A stretch of 64,000 nt of DNA from an uncultured Acidobacteriota bacterium (GCA_963716925.1 CAVQUX010000025.1:656751-720750), one strand, 5' to 3'. Counted from the first letter of the stretch, positions 39,653 through 50,738 are shown. The notes: generated by a model not told the origin, from the letters alone. Program-made: numbers and translations.

Positions 39653-40749
39653 CGTCCGAAGAATCGGCGCCAGCTCAGGGAGAGGCCGGTGAACACGAGG
39701 AAGGCGGCCCCGGCGGAAACGACTCCCGCGACCGTCTGGCCCGCGATTCCGAGGGCCTCTCCGGTGTGCAGAAAGCGAAGCCAGCCCCGGATTTTCTGCG
39801 CGGGGGGCTGGTCCGAATAGGGCTCGAAGCCCGCGACCTCTCCCGTCCTCCGATCGACGGTCAGCTGCGCCCGCAGGTCGGGTCGAGCGCCGTTTCCCCG
39901 ATCGATCGCGAACGACCATGAGTCGTCGGGAGATGGAGAGAATCGAACGGTTATGCTTCGCCAGCCCGGGACCTGGGCCTCCGCGACCTTCCAGGCCTCG
40001 TCGAGCCCCTGAAAATCGGCCACCCGTTCCTGCTCGCGAGGGGCCTCCGCTCGCCGCCGAGGCGCCTCGCTTCCGGTGGCGCGATACAGCAGATCGGTCG
40101 CCCACGGATAGGAGATGACCACGCCGGACAGAACGACGAGGAAGAGCGGGGCTGCGGACCAGAGACCGATGACGTTGTGCCAGTTGAAATCGCGCGCCTT
40201 GCCTCTCAGACCGCGGCGAAAGAAGACCACGCCTCTCAAGCCGGGCCACGTCCAGTTCCGGGGCCACCAGAGGTAGAAGCCGCTTGCCACGAGGAACAGG
40301 AACGCGAGGTTCGACGCGCCGGTGATCGTCCGGCCGGTCGTGCGCGACTCTCCGCTCGCCCCGAGCCACCGGTGCCAGTCTGTGACGACGCGGAAGAACT
40401 CTCGCGTCTCCTGATTTCCTTCTCCGAGGAGCTCGCCGGTGTAAGGGTTCAGATAAAGCGTCCGTCCTCGCCCCAGGTTGATGGACGCCGGCGCTGCGGG
40501 ATCCGATCGGAGCGTGAGAGAGAACGGCGCCTCCGGGTCGCCGCCCTCGGAGGCCTTCGAGAGGAGCGCCGTCGTTTCGAGCCTGGACAGGCCCTCGGGT
40601 GGAAGCGACCGGGTGTCGCGATCGGCCCACGCGACGATCTGGCGCTGGTAGGTCAGGAGCACTCCCGTCACCGACATGACGAAGATGACGATGCCTGCGG
40701 TGACGCCCGCGGCAAGGTGGAGCCAGAAGAAGACCTTCCGGAGCGGCAT
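39649..40749 (-). CDS. PepSY-associated TM helix protein (PiuB-like)
   Basis: It is 366 aa from [23 protein letters not shown], with three TM helices and PepSY_TM architecture. Confidence 0.8.
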   Translation of the reverse strand: MPLRKVFFWLHLAAGVTAGIVIFVMSVTGVLLTYQRQIVAWADRDTRSLPPEGLSRLETTALLSKASEGGDPEAPFSLTLRSDPAAPASINLGRGRTLYLNPYTGELLGEGNQETREFFRVVTDWHRWLGASGESRTTGRTITGASNLAFLFLVASGFYLWWPRNWTWPGLRGVVFFRRGLRGKARDFNWHNVIGLWSAAPLFLVVLSGVVISYPWATDLLYRATGSEAPRRRAEAPREQERVADFQGLDEAWKVAEAQVPGWRSITVRFSPSPDDSWSFAIDRGNGARPDLRAQLTVDRRTGEVAGFEPYSDQPPAQKIRGWLRFLHTGEALGIAGQTVAGVVSAGAAFLVFTGLSLSWRRFFGR

Positions 40750-41429
40750 CACAGCTCGGCCCACCGGCGGAGCAGGTTGTGATAGACGTTCGTGAGCTCG
40801 AGGACCGCGGGATGGTCGGGTATCTCCGAGCCGATGCTCTGGATCGCGCGATCCAGATCGAAGAGGAGCGTCCGTTCCCCGTCGTCTCTCACCAGGCTCT
40901 GAATCCAGAAGAACGCCGCGAGCCTTGCGCCGCGAGTGACCGGGCGCACCTGGTGGAGGCTCGACGCGGGATACAGCACCATGTGCCCCGCGGGGAGCTT
41001 CACCTGGTGCACTCCGAAAAGGTCCTCGATCACGAGCTCGCCCCCTTCGTACTCGTGAGGCTCGGTGAAGAACAGCGTCGCCGACAAATCGGTGCGGATG
41101 CGATGGGGGGTGCCGGGAACCTGCCGGACGGCGTTGTCGACGTGGCTCCCGAACGATTGCCCGCCTTCGTAACGGTTGAAGAGCGGGGGAAAGACTCGGA
41201 ACGGCAGCGCCGCGGAAAGGAAGAGCGGATGCCGCTCGAGCGCCGAGACGATCGTCTCGCCGAGCTCCCGAGCCAAGGGGTGGTTCTCCGGGACCTGGAG
41301 GTTGTCCTTCGCCCTCGCCGACTGATGGCCTGCGGTCACGCGACCGTCCACCCACTCCGCTTCTTCCAGGACGCGCCGTCCGCGAGCCACCTGCTCCGCG
41401 GTCAGGACGTTCCGGATCTGAAGCAGCAT
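40749..41429 (-). CDS. Fe(II)/2-oxoglutarate-dependent PKHD-type hydroxylase (PiuC-like)
   Basis: It has the HxD...H facial triad context (GSHVDNA ... HQV) typical of PiuC/YbiX. Confidence 0.8.
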   Translation of the reverse strand: MLLQIRNVLTAEQVARGRRVLEEAEWVDGRVTAGHQSARAKDNLQVPENHPLARELGETIVSALERHPLFLSAALPFRVFPPLFNRYEGGQSFGSHVDNAVRQVPGTPHRIRTDLSATLFFTEPHEYEGGELVIEDLFGVHQVKLPAGHMVLYPASSLHQVRPVTRGARLAAFFWIQSLVRDDGERTLLFDLDRAIQSIGSEIPDHPAVLELTNVYHNLLRRWAEL

Positions 41430-41433
41430 CGCC

Positions 41434-43942
41434 TCAGAAGTCGAAGGCGGCGCTCAGCACCGCCGTCCGTCCGTCGCCGGGAACGAAGTGCCCTCCCCCG
41501 ATCCGGTCGATGTAGGTCGCGTTCGCGAAGTTGTTGACGTTGAGTCGCAGGGTGAGAAGCTCGTTGACCCGATAGGAAGCCATGGCGTCGAAGAGCCAGT
41601 ATCCGGGCGCGAGGCGCGTTTCGTTGTTGTTGTTGTAGCGATCACCGACGTAGCGGACGCCGAGGCCCGCCTCGAATCGGGACCCGAGCGCGTGGCTGGA
41701 CCAGACGGTGAGGGAGTTCTTCGGAGTGTTGCCGAACTCGTTACCGATCTCCGCCGGGTTGTTGGACTCCGTGACCTCACTCGCCATGAACGTGTATCCG
41801 GCGAACAGGCTCCACCCTTCGGCCACGAGCCCGGTGGCGCCGAGCTCGAGTCCGTCCACCCGGTTCTTGCCGTCGAGAACCGTCGGAGGATCGCCGGGGT
41901 TGATGCCGGGAGTGCGCGCGTTCGTCTTCTCGGTGCGGAACACCGCCGCCGAAAGGCCGAGCCTTCCCTCCATGAGGTCCCACTTCGTTCCCGCTTCGAT
42001 GCTGAAGCTCTTCTCCGGTTCCACGTCAACCGTCGCCGCGCTCAACGTGAGTCCCTCGCTCGACGGATTGAACGACGTTCCCGCCCCGAAGTAGAGGCTC
42101 GCGTTCGAACGGGGACGATGGATGAGGCCGGCGCGCCAGCTGAGCATGTCATCGACCCGGCCGCTCGGGGTCGCCTGTCCGACCGCGTCGACGGTCTGGT
42201 AGTCGAGGTCGAACCTCTCCCACCGAAGCCCGCCGGTGACCTGCCACCGCTCGTCGAGCTCGACGGTGTCGAACGCGTAGACCGCCGTCGAGAGGGCTTC
42301 GCTCTCGTTGAACGCTCCGTTGCGCTGGATCGAATCCGCGGTAGGGGTCGAACGCATCGGGCTCGAAGAGATCGGTGGGCCCGGGCTCGGTTCCCGTTTC
42401 CACCCGAACGTGGTTTATCGAGCCTTCGCGCGACACCTCGACACCGGAGGAGACCGCGTGGCGCGCCGAGCCGGTGGAGAAGCGGTTCACGAGGTTGAGC
42501 TGGTTTCCCACGATGTCGTCCACCTGGTCGCGCGACTTCCAGTCCGTGCGGCGGATATCGGTCGAGGTCGCGCTCTGGAACCGGGGCGCGGTGATGATCG
42601 AGTCGCGATCGGTGCGTCCGTACCGGAAGACGTTGCTCAACGACGTCGCGGGACTGAAGTCCTTCCGGAAATCGGCGGTGGCGACGTCGGTGGTCGTGTC
42701 CTCGTAGTCGCGCTCGGAGAGGCCGTAGAAATTCGTGAACTCCACGGGAGGCGCCTGGTTCGCGTACTCGGCGAGAGGGACGTTGTCCGCGGGGACCCAC
42801 GGAATCCCGTAGTCGGGGAAGTTGTCCTGTCCGAGGCGGGAGTAGCTCACCGTGAGCCGGGTCGGAGTCCCGAGACCGAGAGCGAGAGACGGCGCGAACC
42901 CGAACCTCTGGTTGGTCACGAGATCGCGGCCGGAGACGTCCGAGTCGGTCCACATCGCGTTCAACCGCAGCGCGGTGCCTTGCACGGCGAAGTCCTGGAA
43001 CGGGAGGTTCAGGTCGAGCGTGCCGCGCATGTAGTCGGGGTTTCCGAAGCCGAATGCCGCCTGCTGGAAAGACTCCAGCGTCGGCGCCTTGCTCGCGAGG
43101 TTCACCGTACCCCCGGTCGACCCGCGTCCGGCGACGCTCGACGCGGGGCCCTTGGCCACCTCCACCTGCTCCACGTTGAACGGATCGCGGGAGTAGCCGC
43201 CGAAATCGCGGAAGCCGTCGATGAAGATGTCGGTGCGGGCGCTGAAGCCGCGGATGGTGAGGTTGTCGCCCGCGGGAACGCCGCCCTCGCCCGCCTGGAT
43301 GCTGATGCCGGTGACGTTGCGGAGCACGTCCCTCAAGGTCGTCGCGTTCTGCTCCTCGATCACCGTCCGGGGGACGATGGTGATCGTCTGCGGGATGTTC
43401 CGGAGGGGCTCGGTGTACTTGGGAGACGCGGGCCGCTCATCGCGTCGCTCGGTGACCTCCACGAACTCCGCGATCCCGAGCTCGAGCGCCACCCGGCGGG
43501 GGCCGACCCGCTCGTAAGTCACGCTCGTTCCCTCGAGCAGGATCTCGAGCGCCTTCTCGGGGGTGTAGAGCCCGGAGACGCCCTTCGTGAAAATCTCGTT
43601 CATCAGCGGGCTCCGGACCTCGGCGGCGTATCCCGACTGCTCCTGGAACGCCGCGAGAGCCGCTCCGAGCGGGCCGGCTTCGATCTGGAAGCTCACTGGC
43701 TGCGCTCCCTCGGCGCTCGCCTTCGCGGGAAGCGCGTCCAAGGACTCGCGCTTCTGAAACGCGGCGAGGACCGCGGCTTCGACCGCCTCCGAGGCGACGT
43801 CGAAACGGCGCACGAGGATCCGGTCCAGCCTCGCGGGCTCGAACGGCCTGGGGTCCTCAGCGGCCGAGGCGGTTTCGCCACCGACGGCCCCCGAGGCGAC
43901 GAGCGCCCCGGCTACCAGCCAATGCTTCGAGTTCCTACGCAT
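41434..43942 (-). CDS. TonB-dependent receptor with N-terminal STN signalling domain (frame disrupted near 42360)
   Basis: The N-terminal STN ([21 protein letters not shown]), plug and part of the barrel are in one frame. The C-terminal barrel ending AVLSAAFDF is in another. The alternative start 43981 remains possible. Confidence 0.75.
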
Positions 43943-44017
43943 CGATCCGCCCCTCATCATGAAAATGACAACGCGTTTCATGATGGGAGCATCCTAAGAG
44001 ACCCCGCGGAGGGAGTC

Positions 44018-44049
44018 AAGATAAAAATGAAACCGAATTTCAACTTCGG
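44018..44049. promoter_or_regulatory. AT-rich box (GATAAAAATGAAACCGAATTTCAA) upstream of the TonB-receptor operon; candidate Fur-type operator
   Basis: It is an AT island in otherwise GC-rich DNA, 40-100 nt upstream of the receptor start on the minus strand, with loosely hexameric nATwAT-like repeats. Confidence 0.25.
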
Positions 44050-44278
44050 CCCCCGCAAGGGCGGGATCGGCGGCTCGAGGACAGCGCGCTCCGGCGTCGA
44101 GGACAGGATCTCTCCCCGCTGGGCGCGAAGCTCACGGCGCGCCATTCGAAGCGATCGCCCTTGCCCGGAGGGGCTCGACGTGGTATGGTTCTGCCACCCC
44201 CAAGAGAACAAAATATCCGTGGAGCCCGCGGCCGTCACGGGCATGGAGTGCACCATGGGACGACGATTTCAAGTGCGT

Positions 44279-44910
44279 ATGAAACGACGTGCGACGACGA
44301 AAACCGTGGCCATTACCGGCGCGACCCTGAGCGGTGCGTTGGCGGCCGAGGATGTCGGATGCCGTTCCCATCTACAACAATCCCGATGACGTTCGCCAAT
44401 TTCGCCGGGACAGGGCTCGATCAACATCAATCTATCGAACCTCCTGAACCCGACGCTCAACAAGCCGGACGCCGTCATCAACTACAACTTCGACGCGACG
44501 AGTAACGCACTGAACCTGAACTTCAACAGCCTGAACAACATGGCGGCCGCCATCGAGAATCCGGTGACTCGAAACGGAGCGATTGGTCCGAGCAACACAA
44601 TTTCTGGAGAACTTCAACCTGGGAGTCGACAGTCAACTCCGGGCCCCGCGACGGCGAGTGGGTGGGAGCGACGAACGCGTTTCTCGGGATGATGGTCGAC
44701 GTTCCCGGTTCCAGCCCCCATTTCGGCTGGGTCCGGCTCTCCGTCGACGACCAGCTCGGGGTCGTGCTCCACGACTTCGCCATCGAGAGCGAGCCCGACA
44801 CGGCGATCGCGGCAGGCGCCGGAACGATTCCCGAGCCCGGCTCCCTCGGCCTCCTGGCGCTCGGCGCGGTGGGCCTCGCGGCCTTGCGAAAGCGGCGGTC
44901 GCGGAGCTAA
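44279..44910 (+). pseudogene. Small PEP-CTERM protein, reading frame broken by an in-frame TGA (~44387) and a frameshift (~44600)
   Basis: The signal peptide is MKRRATTKTVAITGATLSGALAA. An Asn-rich core, NINLSNLLNPTLNKPDAVINYNFDATSNALNLNFNSLNN, is in the same frame after a TGA. The C-terminus TIPEPGSLGLLALGAVGLAALRKRRSRS (PEP-CTERM sorting signal) is in a different frame. Confidence 0.5.
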
Positions 44911-44921
44911 ACGCGCCCCTC

Positions 44922-46808
44922 ATGAGCTCGAGCTCCCGGCGTCGGGTGCTCCTCGTGGGTTGGGACGGCGCGGACTGGAGCCTCGCGTCTCCTCTTCTCG
45001 AGGCCGGACTCCTTCCCAGCCTTTCGAGCCTGATCGAGCGAGGAGTCGTCGCCGACCTCTCGACGCCCGAGCCGCTCGTCTGCTCCATGCTCTGGACCTC
45101 GCTCGTCACCGGACGGCGTGCCTACGAACACGGCATCCTCGGCGACGTCGAGCCGGGCGAGAACGGGACCGCTCATCTCGCGCGAAGCACGACCCGGCGA
45201 ACGAAAGCGCTCTGGAATCTCTTCAGCCACTCGGGGCTCCGCTCGCTCGTCATCGGCTGGCCCGCAAGCCATCCCGCGGAGCCCATCGAGGGAGTCTACG
45301 TCTCCGATCGGTTTCAACGGAATCTCGGCTCGCCACCGCCGGCGGGCACGGTGCACCCCCAAGGTCTCGAGGCCGCGCTCTACGGACTGAGGCTTCGTCC
45401 CGACGAGATCACGGAAGCCCACATCGCTCCCTTCGTTCCCGGGCTCCGCGATCTCACCGACGGGCCGGAGGGGAACGACGAGAGGCTGGCCTCGATCGCG
45501 AAGACGCTCGCGGAAACCGCGACGGTGCATGCCGTAGCTACCTGGCTCGTTGCGAACGAGCCCTGGGATTTCTGCGCCGTGCGCCACGAAACCATCGCGA
45601 CGCTCTCGAGCGCCTTCCTGCAGTTCACCGCGCCCGGTGCAAACCATCGCGAAGACGAACGACTCGCCTACAAGGACGTGGTCGACGGCGCCTATCGGTT
45701 CCATGACATGATGCTCGGCCGGCTCCTGGAGCTCGCCGGCGGCGACACCATCGTGGTGCTCGTCTCCAATCACGGAATGGCCCTCACCGCGACGCCGGGG
45801 GTCGTGCCCCGCGCGCGAGGGCTCCTGGTCGCGGCGGGTCCCGGCATCCGCGAGGACGAGCGAATCTACGGCGCTTCCCTCCTCGACGTGGCGCCGTCGA
45901 TTCTCGCGCTCGAACGGATCCCGTTGGGCGAGGACCTCGAGGGGAGGCCGCTGCTCGAGATCCTGGTCCGCGCCTCCGTCCGTTACCCGCATCCGCGAGC
46001 TGGGAGGAGAAACCAGGCTCCTGCGGACTCCCGAGCGAGCGTCTCGATCCGTTCGACGACCTGCCGGTCGACGATGACGGCGGCACGGCGCGCGAGCTGT
46101 CGGTACAACTTCGCGCGCGCGCTTCTCGGAGCGGAGCGCGCGAACGACGCGAGCGCCGTCCTGGACGGACTCCGGAAGGACCTCCCCGGAGACCGGCACC
46201 TCGCGCTCCTGCACGCGCACGCACTCTACGCCATGGGCGAGCTCGACCGGTGCCGCGACGTCCTCTCGACCTTCGATCGGTCTTCCGCGCGGCCCCCGAT
46301 GGCGGACGTGCTCCTCGGATTTCTCGCGTTTCTCGAAGGGAGGACGGAGGAAACCCTCGAGAGACTCGCGCGGGCCGAGGAATCCGGGGTGCGGCTTCCG
46401 AGGCTCCACCACGAGATTGGAAGCGCCTACCTGCAGATGGAGGAGTGGGAGAAAGCCGCGCGCGCCTTTCGCCGCGCCCTCGAAATCGACGGGGGGGAGG
46501 CGCGCACGCGCGACGGGCTCGCGGCGGCGCTCCTCGAGCTCGATCGCCCCGTGGAGGCGGCGCAGGAAGCACTCCATGCGGTATGGCTCTCTCACGATCT
46601 CGCTCCCGCCCACTTTCACCTGGGCGCGGCGCTCGCGAGAATCGGCGAGCGGGGACGGGCCATCGAAGCGTTCGATACCTGTCTCTCGCTCGACGGCAAG
46701 GCCGCGGGGGCGCACCTGTGGCTGGCGCGCCTCTACGAGAGCGGCGCCCTGGATCTCGAGAAAGCGCTCGCGCACCGAGCGAAGGCGCAGGAGATCCTCA
46801 ACCCCTGA
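44922..46808 (+). CDS. Alkaline-phosphatase-superfamily (type I phosphodiesterase/nucleotide pyrophosphatase-like) protein with C-terminal TPR repeats
   Basis: The N-terminus MSSSSRRRVLLVGWDGADWS and the segment VVLVSNHGMA are typical of the AlkP core. The C-terminus has TPR-like helices. The segment 45990-46110 reads R/S-rich in frame but protein-like (SWEEKPGSCGLPSERLDPFDDLPVDDDGGTARELS) in the +2 frame. Confidence 0.7.
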   Translation: MSSSSRRRVLLVGWDGADWSLASPLLEAGLLPSLSSLIERGVVADLSTPEPLVCSMLWTSLVTGRRAYEHGILGDVEPGENGTAHLARSTTRRTKALWNLFSHSGLRSLVIGWPASHPAEPIEGVYVSDRFQRNLGSPPPAGTVHPQGLEAALYGLRLRPDEITEAHIAPFVPGLRDLTDGPEGNDERLASIAKTLAETATVHAVATWLVANEPWDFCAVRHETIATLSSAFLQFTAPGANHREDERLAYKDVVDGAYRFHDMMLGRLLELAGGDTIVVLVSNHGMALTATPGVVPRARGLLVAAGPGIREDERIYGASLLDVAPSILALERIPLGEDLEGRPLLEILVRASVRYPHPRAGRRNQAPADSRASVSIRSTTCRSTMTAARRASCRYNFARALLGAERANDASAVLDGLRKDLPGDRHLALLHAHALYAMGELDRCRDVLSTFDRSSARPPMADVLLGFLAFLEGRTEETLERLARAEESGVRLPRLHHEIGSAYLQMEEWEKAARAFRRALEIDGGEARTRDGLAAALLELDRPVEAAQEALHAVWLSHDLAPAHFHLGAALARIGERGRAIEAFDTCLSLDGKAAGAHLWLARLYESGALDLEKALAHRAKAQEILNP

Positions 46809-46826
46809 GCAAGGGAAGAGGGGGAA

Positions 46827-48940
46827 TCACCGCCGAGTGCGGAGCGCATAGATCTCGCCGAAACGGGGATGCAGATCCGCCCCGATGCCCTCTTCCAGGC
46901 GGCGGCCGATCTCGGCCAGGGCCTCGTCTCCCTCGTCGGGGAGAGGCGGCCAGGCGATGGTCACTTGATTGAAGCCGGCACGCAGATCTCCCGCGGCGAC
47001 GGAGACGCTCCGCCGCTCCCACGACGTTCGCAGCGAGAGCCGCGCCACCGCTTTGCCGTTGACGAGCAGCTCCGCCTCTCCATCGCGTTCGCGCCCGATC
47101 TTCGGAAGCCGCGCCGTCAGGTCGAGCGAGACGGCGCGGGCACCGCTCGCCGGCAGACAGAAATGAGAGCGGGGCCATCGCGCCCGGTAGAAGAGACTCT
47201 GAGGGCTCCTCGCCTCTTCCTGATGCCGATCGGAAACGCTCCAGTGAAAGCCCGGCTGGGAGATGTCGAGGACGCCACCCTCCGGGAGGTCGCCGAACGA
47301 GGCCTTTCGCCCCAGATGCTCTTCCAGAATCTCGAGCACCTCGGGATCGAGGCCCGCGTTCATCGCGGCCTCTCGCTGAAGCCTCCCGAGGAGGCGGTGC
47401 CAGCGCTGCTGGTTTCTGGTGAACGGCCCTCCGAAGCGCGTCGATGCGTAGACGTTCATGAGATCGCGCGCTTCCGGCCAGGCGGTTTCCGCTTCACGCA
47501 GCCAATGGCGAACGAGCCCCCTCTCGCCCTCCGACTGCCGCCCGGAGTGAACGTCGCGCCCCGAGCCGTAGTGCGCGTTGTAGAGCGCGGTCATGAGCTT
47601 CGCCGCCCCATCCAAGCGCGCCTTCGGCGGCTCGGTTCCGTCGATCGCCATCAGCGAGCGCCAGTCCTCGGCGGCGGTCGCGGGGTCGGTGAGCTTCAGC
47701 ACTTCCGCTCCCACGGCGGCCATGGCCACTCTCATTCCTTCGAGCGTGAGATGGCAATAGTCGAGGAACAGCTCCCGTCCGGGGATACGGGAGCCCAGGT
47801 GGAGCCGGAATATCTCCGGAAGGTCGACGATGGTGGAGCCGTGGCTCGCCGATGCGCGGAGAGCTTCCCGCACGCCGGTCGTGGCCGACGGCGTCGAGGG
47901 AACGTTGTCCCAGCTCCTGAGATTGAGTGCGCGGAGGTAGGCGTCCCGCGCCTCCTCGATCCTGCCCAGTATCTCGAGCCCGCGGGCGAGAAGACGGAAT
48001 GACGCGGAGCTGACCTCGGAGTCGAGCTCCAACATCCGCCTCGCGCTCGCGCAGAGAGCGGCACCCTCCCCGGATGCCGCGTGCCGGACCGCGTCGCGGT
48101 GAGCGCAATGCCACTCCTCCGTCCGGTCTCCCGGAAGCCACGGGACGGGCCGATCCCGCTGCCAATCGACGAGGTTGGCTTCGGGAACCACGACCACCAC
48201 CGGGACGCCGGAAGCATCGCTCACCCGGCCGATCGTCTCCGCGACGCGAAAGGCGGTGTCGCGCGAGCGCTGGTCGGCGAATCGGACGAGACCCCGGATT
48301 CCGTCTTCGCGGAACGCGAGCGCCGCGGCGCGCGCGTCCAGCGGAGACAGAGCATCGATGCTCGCGAGCCGGAGCGGCCAGTTGTTCCCCGCGAAGACGA
48401 CGATGACGTCGGGGGTGAGCTGGAGCGACGAGCCCAGGAGGTCGAGGAGGGCGCCCGGCTGCAGGTTGACCATGGTGAGGTCGATGACCTCGAAGCTTCG
48501 CGGACCCCGCGCCGCGCGAAGCTGCCCCTCGAGAACCCGCGCCGGCGTGGTCTCGGGTGCGTAAAACCAACCCGCCGCCGTGGACTCTCCGAGCAGGACC
48601 ACGCGCAGCGGCAGAAGCGACGACTTCGGCAGAAGCCGTTCGGTGTGCGCCCACCAGTCGTTGGTCAGCGCCGTCTCTTCCCGCTCGAAAGCGACGCCCT
48701 CCACCGTCGACTCGGAGAGGGCTTCCAGATCCCGATCGGCGCGGGGTCGCCTTCGAGGTACTTCCGCACCAGACTCCGCGACATCTCGGACGGCGCCGCC
48801 CGAGGGTCGAGGGGGGATGGTTCCTGGGCGCCGCCGAACGCCTCGGTGAAACGAAGCCACGCGGAGATCCGCGAGCCGCGCTCGGAAACGAGCTCCCCCG
48901 CCAGCTCGTCGCAGAGGTCCTTCCGTGGGTCCCGGGTCAT
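46827..48940 (-). CDS. SGNH/GDSL-hydrolase-domain protein with large C-terminal extension (frame disrupted near 48730)
   Basis: The SGNH blocks are LLGESTAAGW (block I), VIVVFAGNNW (block II) and FLDYCHLT (DxxH, block V). The likely true start MTRDPRKDLCDELAGELV at 48940 is in another frame, 6 nt after the carbamoyltransferase stop. Confidence 0.6.
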
Positions 48941-48946
48941 GGATCT

Positions 48947-50695
48947 TCAGATGAAGGTATAGAGCGCGGCATGGATCGAGCTCTGGCGCGCCGCCATCCG
49001 GTCGCGCTGCCGGACGAGCTCGATGAGCTCCTGAGGGAACCCGCTCCGGTCCACGAGGAAGTCCTCGATGGCGAGAGCGTCGATTTCCGCGCGAACGGCG
49101 CAGGAAATTGCGTCCTCGGGCGTACAGACGATCGGCTCGTCGCGGACGTTGAACGAGGTGTTGACGAGGATGGGACAGCCGGTGCGCTTCTGGAAGGCCT
49201 CGAGCAGCCTCGCGTATCGCGGCGCGTGTCGCGGGTCCACCGTCTGGGGCCGCGCGGAGCCGTCGACGTGGGTCACCGCCGGAAGCTCGAGGGGCGACCG
49301 CACCCGACAGGTCTCGAGCATGAACGGCGAGGGATGGTCGAGCTCCAGGTGGCCGGAGGCTTCGCTCTGGAGGATGCTCGGGGCGAAGGGCCGAAACGCC
49401 TCGCGCTTCTTGATCAGCGCGTTCAGGCGCTCGCGCATCTCCGGCCGCCTCGGGTCCGCGAGGATGCTTCGAGCGCCGAGCGCGCGCGGTCCGAGCTCCA
49501 TCGCACCCTGGAACCAGCCGACGACGTTTCCCGAACCGAGGCGATCCACGATCGCCTCGAGGAGCTCCGCTTCCCGGCCGCGGTAGTCGACGGCGTTCAC
49601 TCCGGCCGCGGCGAGCGTTTCACCGACGCTCGCACTGGGGAACCGGGGACCGAGGTATACGTGCTCGAGAGGCGCCGCGCCGTGGCGCTTGCCCGTGAGT
49701 CGGACGTGGGCGAGCGCCGCAGCCCCCAGGCAGCTTCCGGAGTCCCCCGCCGCGGGCTGGACGAAGAGGCGTGCGAACGGGCCCTCCCTGAGGATCCGCC
49801 CGTTGGCGACGCAGTTGAGCGCGACCCCCCCGCCGAGACAGAGATTCTCCGACGGCACTCTCCGGTGAAGGTAAGAGACCTTCTCGAGGAGAATCTCTTC
49901 GAGCGCCTGCTGCAGGCTGCGGGCGACGTCCTGGTGAAACGGGGAAATCGCCGACTCCGGCTCCCTCGGCGGCTCTCCCAGGAGCTCGGAGAGCTTGTCG
50001 GAGTACATCCGCCGTCCTTTCAGGAAATCGAAGTACTCGAGGGAGAGCTCGTAATCTCCCCCGTTCCCGCTCCGCGTGAGCTTTCGAATCTCCGGCAGGA
50101 ATCGGGGCCTGCCGTAGGGAGCGAGGCCCATGACCTTGTACTCTCCGCCGTTCACGCGAAAGCCCAGGTAACTGGTGATGGTGCTGTAGAGAAGACCGAG
50201 CGAGTGCGGGAACTCCACCGTCTCGAAGAGCTCGATCGCTTCGCCCTTGCCCCTGCCGTAAGCCGTCGTGGTCCACTCGCCGACTCCATCGACCGTCAGG
50301 ATCGCCGCCTCTTCGAACCCGGAATAGAGGAAGCTCGCTCCCGCGTGCGAGAGGTGATGGTCGAAGGTCTCGACGCGGCCGTCGTATCCGAGGGCTTCGC
50401 GAATCTCCCGGAGGGCGCGCATCGGGTCGAGACCGATCGGCCGCGGGGGCAGGCGTCCCGACCACAGTTGGCGCGCGAGCTTCGTTTCGGGGCGCTCGTA
50501 GTAGGCGACGCAGTCGAGATCGTGAACGTCGATTCCGCCCGCGTCGAGGCAGAAGCGCACCGCGGATACCGGAAGAGCGGCATCGTGCTTCACCCGGCTG
50601 AAGCGCTCCTCTTCCGCCGCGGCCACGAGGCGCCCGTCGGCAAGGAGGCAGGCGGCGGACTCGTGGAAGTGAGCCGAGATGCCGAGAATTTTCAT
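48947..50695 (-). CDS. Carbamoyltransferase (NodU/CmcH family)
   Basis: It is 582 aa with MKILGISAHFHESAACLL and YxxHHLSHAGASF in the N-terminal domain, and a YrdC-like C-terminal domain. Confidence 0.85.
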   Translation of the reverse strand: MKILGISAHFHESAACLLADGRLVAAAEEERFSRVKHDAALPVSAVRFCLDAGGIDVHDLDCVAYYERPETKLARQLWSGRLPPRPIGLDPMRALREIREALGYDGRVETFDHHLSHAGASFLYSGFEEAAILTVDGVGEWTTTAYGRGKGEAIELFETVEFPHSLGLLYSTITSYLGFRVNGGEYKVMGLAPYGRPRFLPEIRKLTRSGNGGDYELSLEYFDFLKGRRMYSDKLSELLGEPPREPESAISPFHQDVARSLQQALEEILLEKVSYLHRRVPSENLCLGGGVALNCVANGRILREGPFARLFVQPAAGDSGSCLGAAALAHVRLTGKRHGAAPLEHVYLGPRFPSASVGETLAAAGVNAVDYRGREAELLEAIVDRLGSGNVVGWFQGAMELGPRALGARSILADPRRPEMRERLNALIKKREAFRPFAPSILQSEASGHLELDHPSPFMLETCRVRSPLELPAVTHVDGSARPQTVDPRHAPRYARLLEAFQKRTGCPILVNTSFNVRDEPIVCTPEDAISCAVRAEIDALAIEDFLVDRSGFPQELIELVRQRDRMAARQSSIHAALYTFI

Positions 50696-50738
50696 CGAGA
50701 GACTTCAGGAAGATCGTAACCCACGGGGCCGCGGGTTT

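Noticed and set aside
38089-39921. 610-aa composite plus-strand ORF at 38089..39921
   Set aside because: It is a chimera of antisense MBL sequence, the arginase N-terminus and out-of-frame sequence. I replaced it with the MOSC and arginase-family calls.
42308-44278. 693-aa plus-strand ORF at 42308..44389, antisense to the TonB receptor
   Set aside because: Only its last 111 nt (44279-44389) are coding, as the signal peptide of the PEP-CTERM gene. The rest is antisense noise.
44583-44921. N-terminal 113 codons of the 741-aa ORF at 44583..46808
   Set aside because: That portion is R-rich junk that overlaps the PEP-CTERM tail in another frame. The real start is the ATG at 44922 (MSSSSRRRVLLVGWDGADW).
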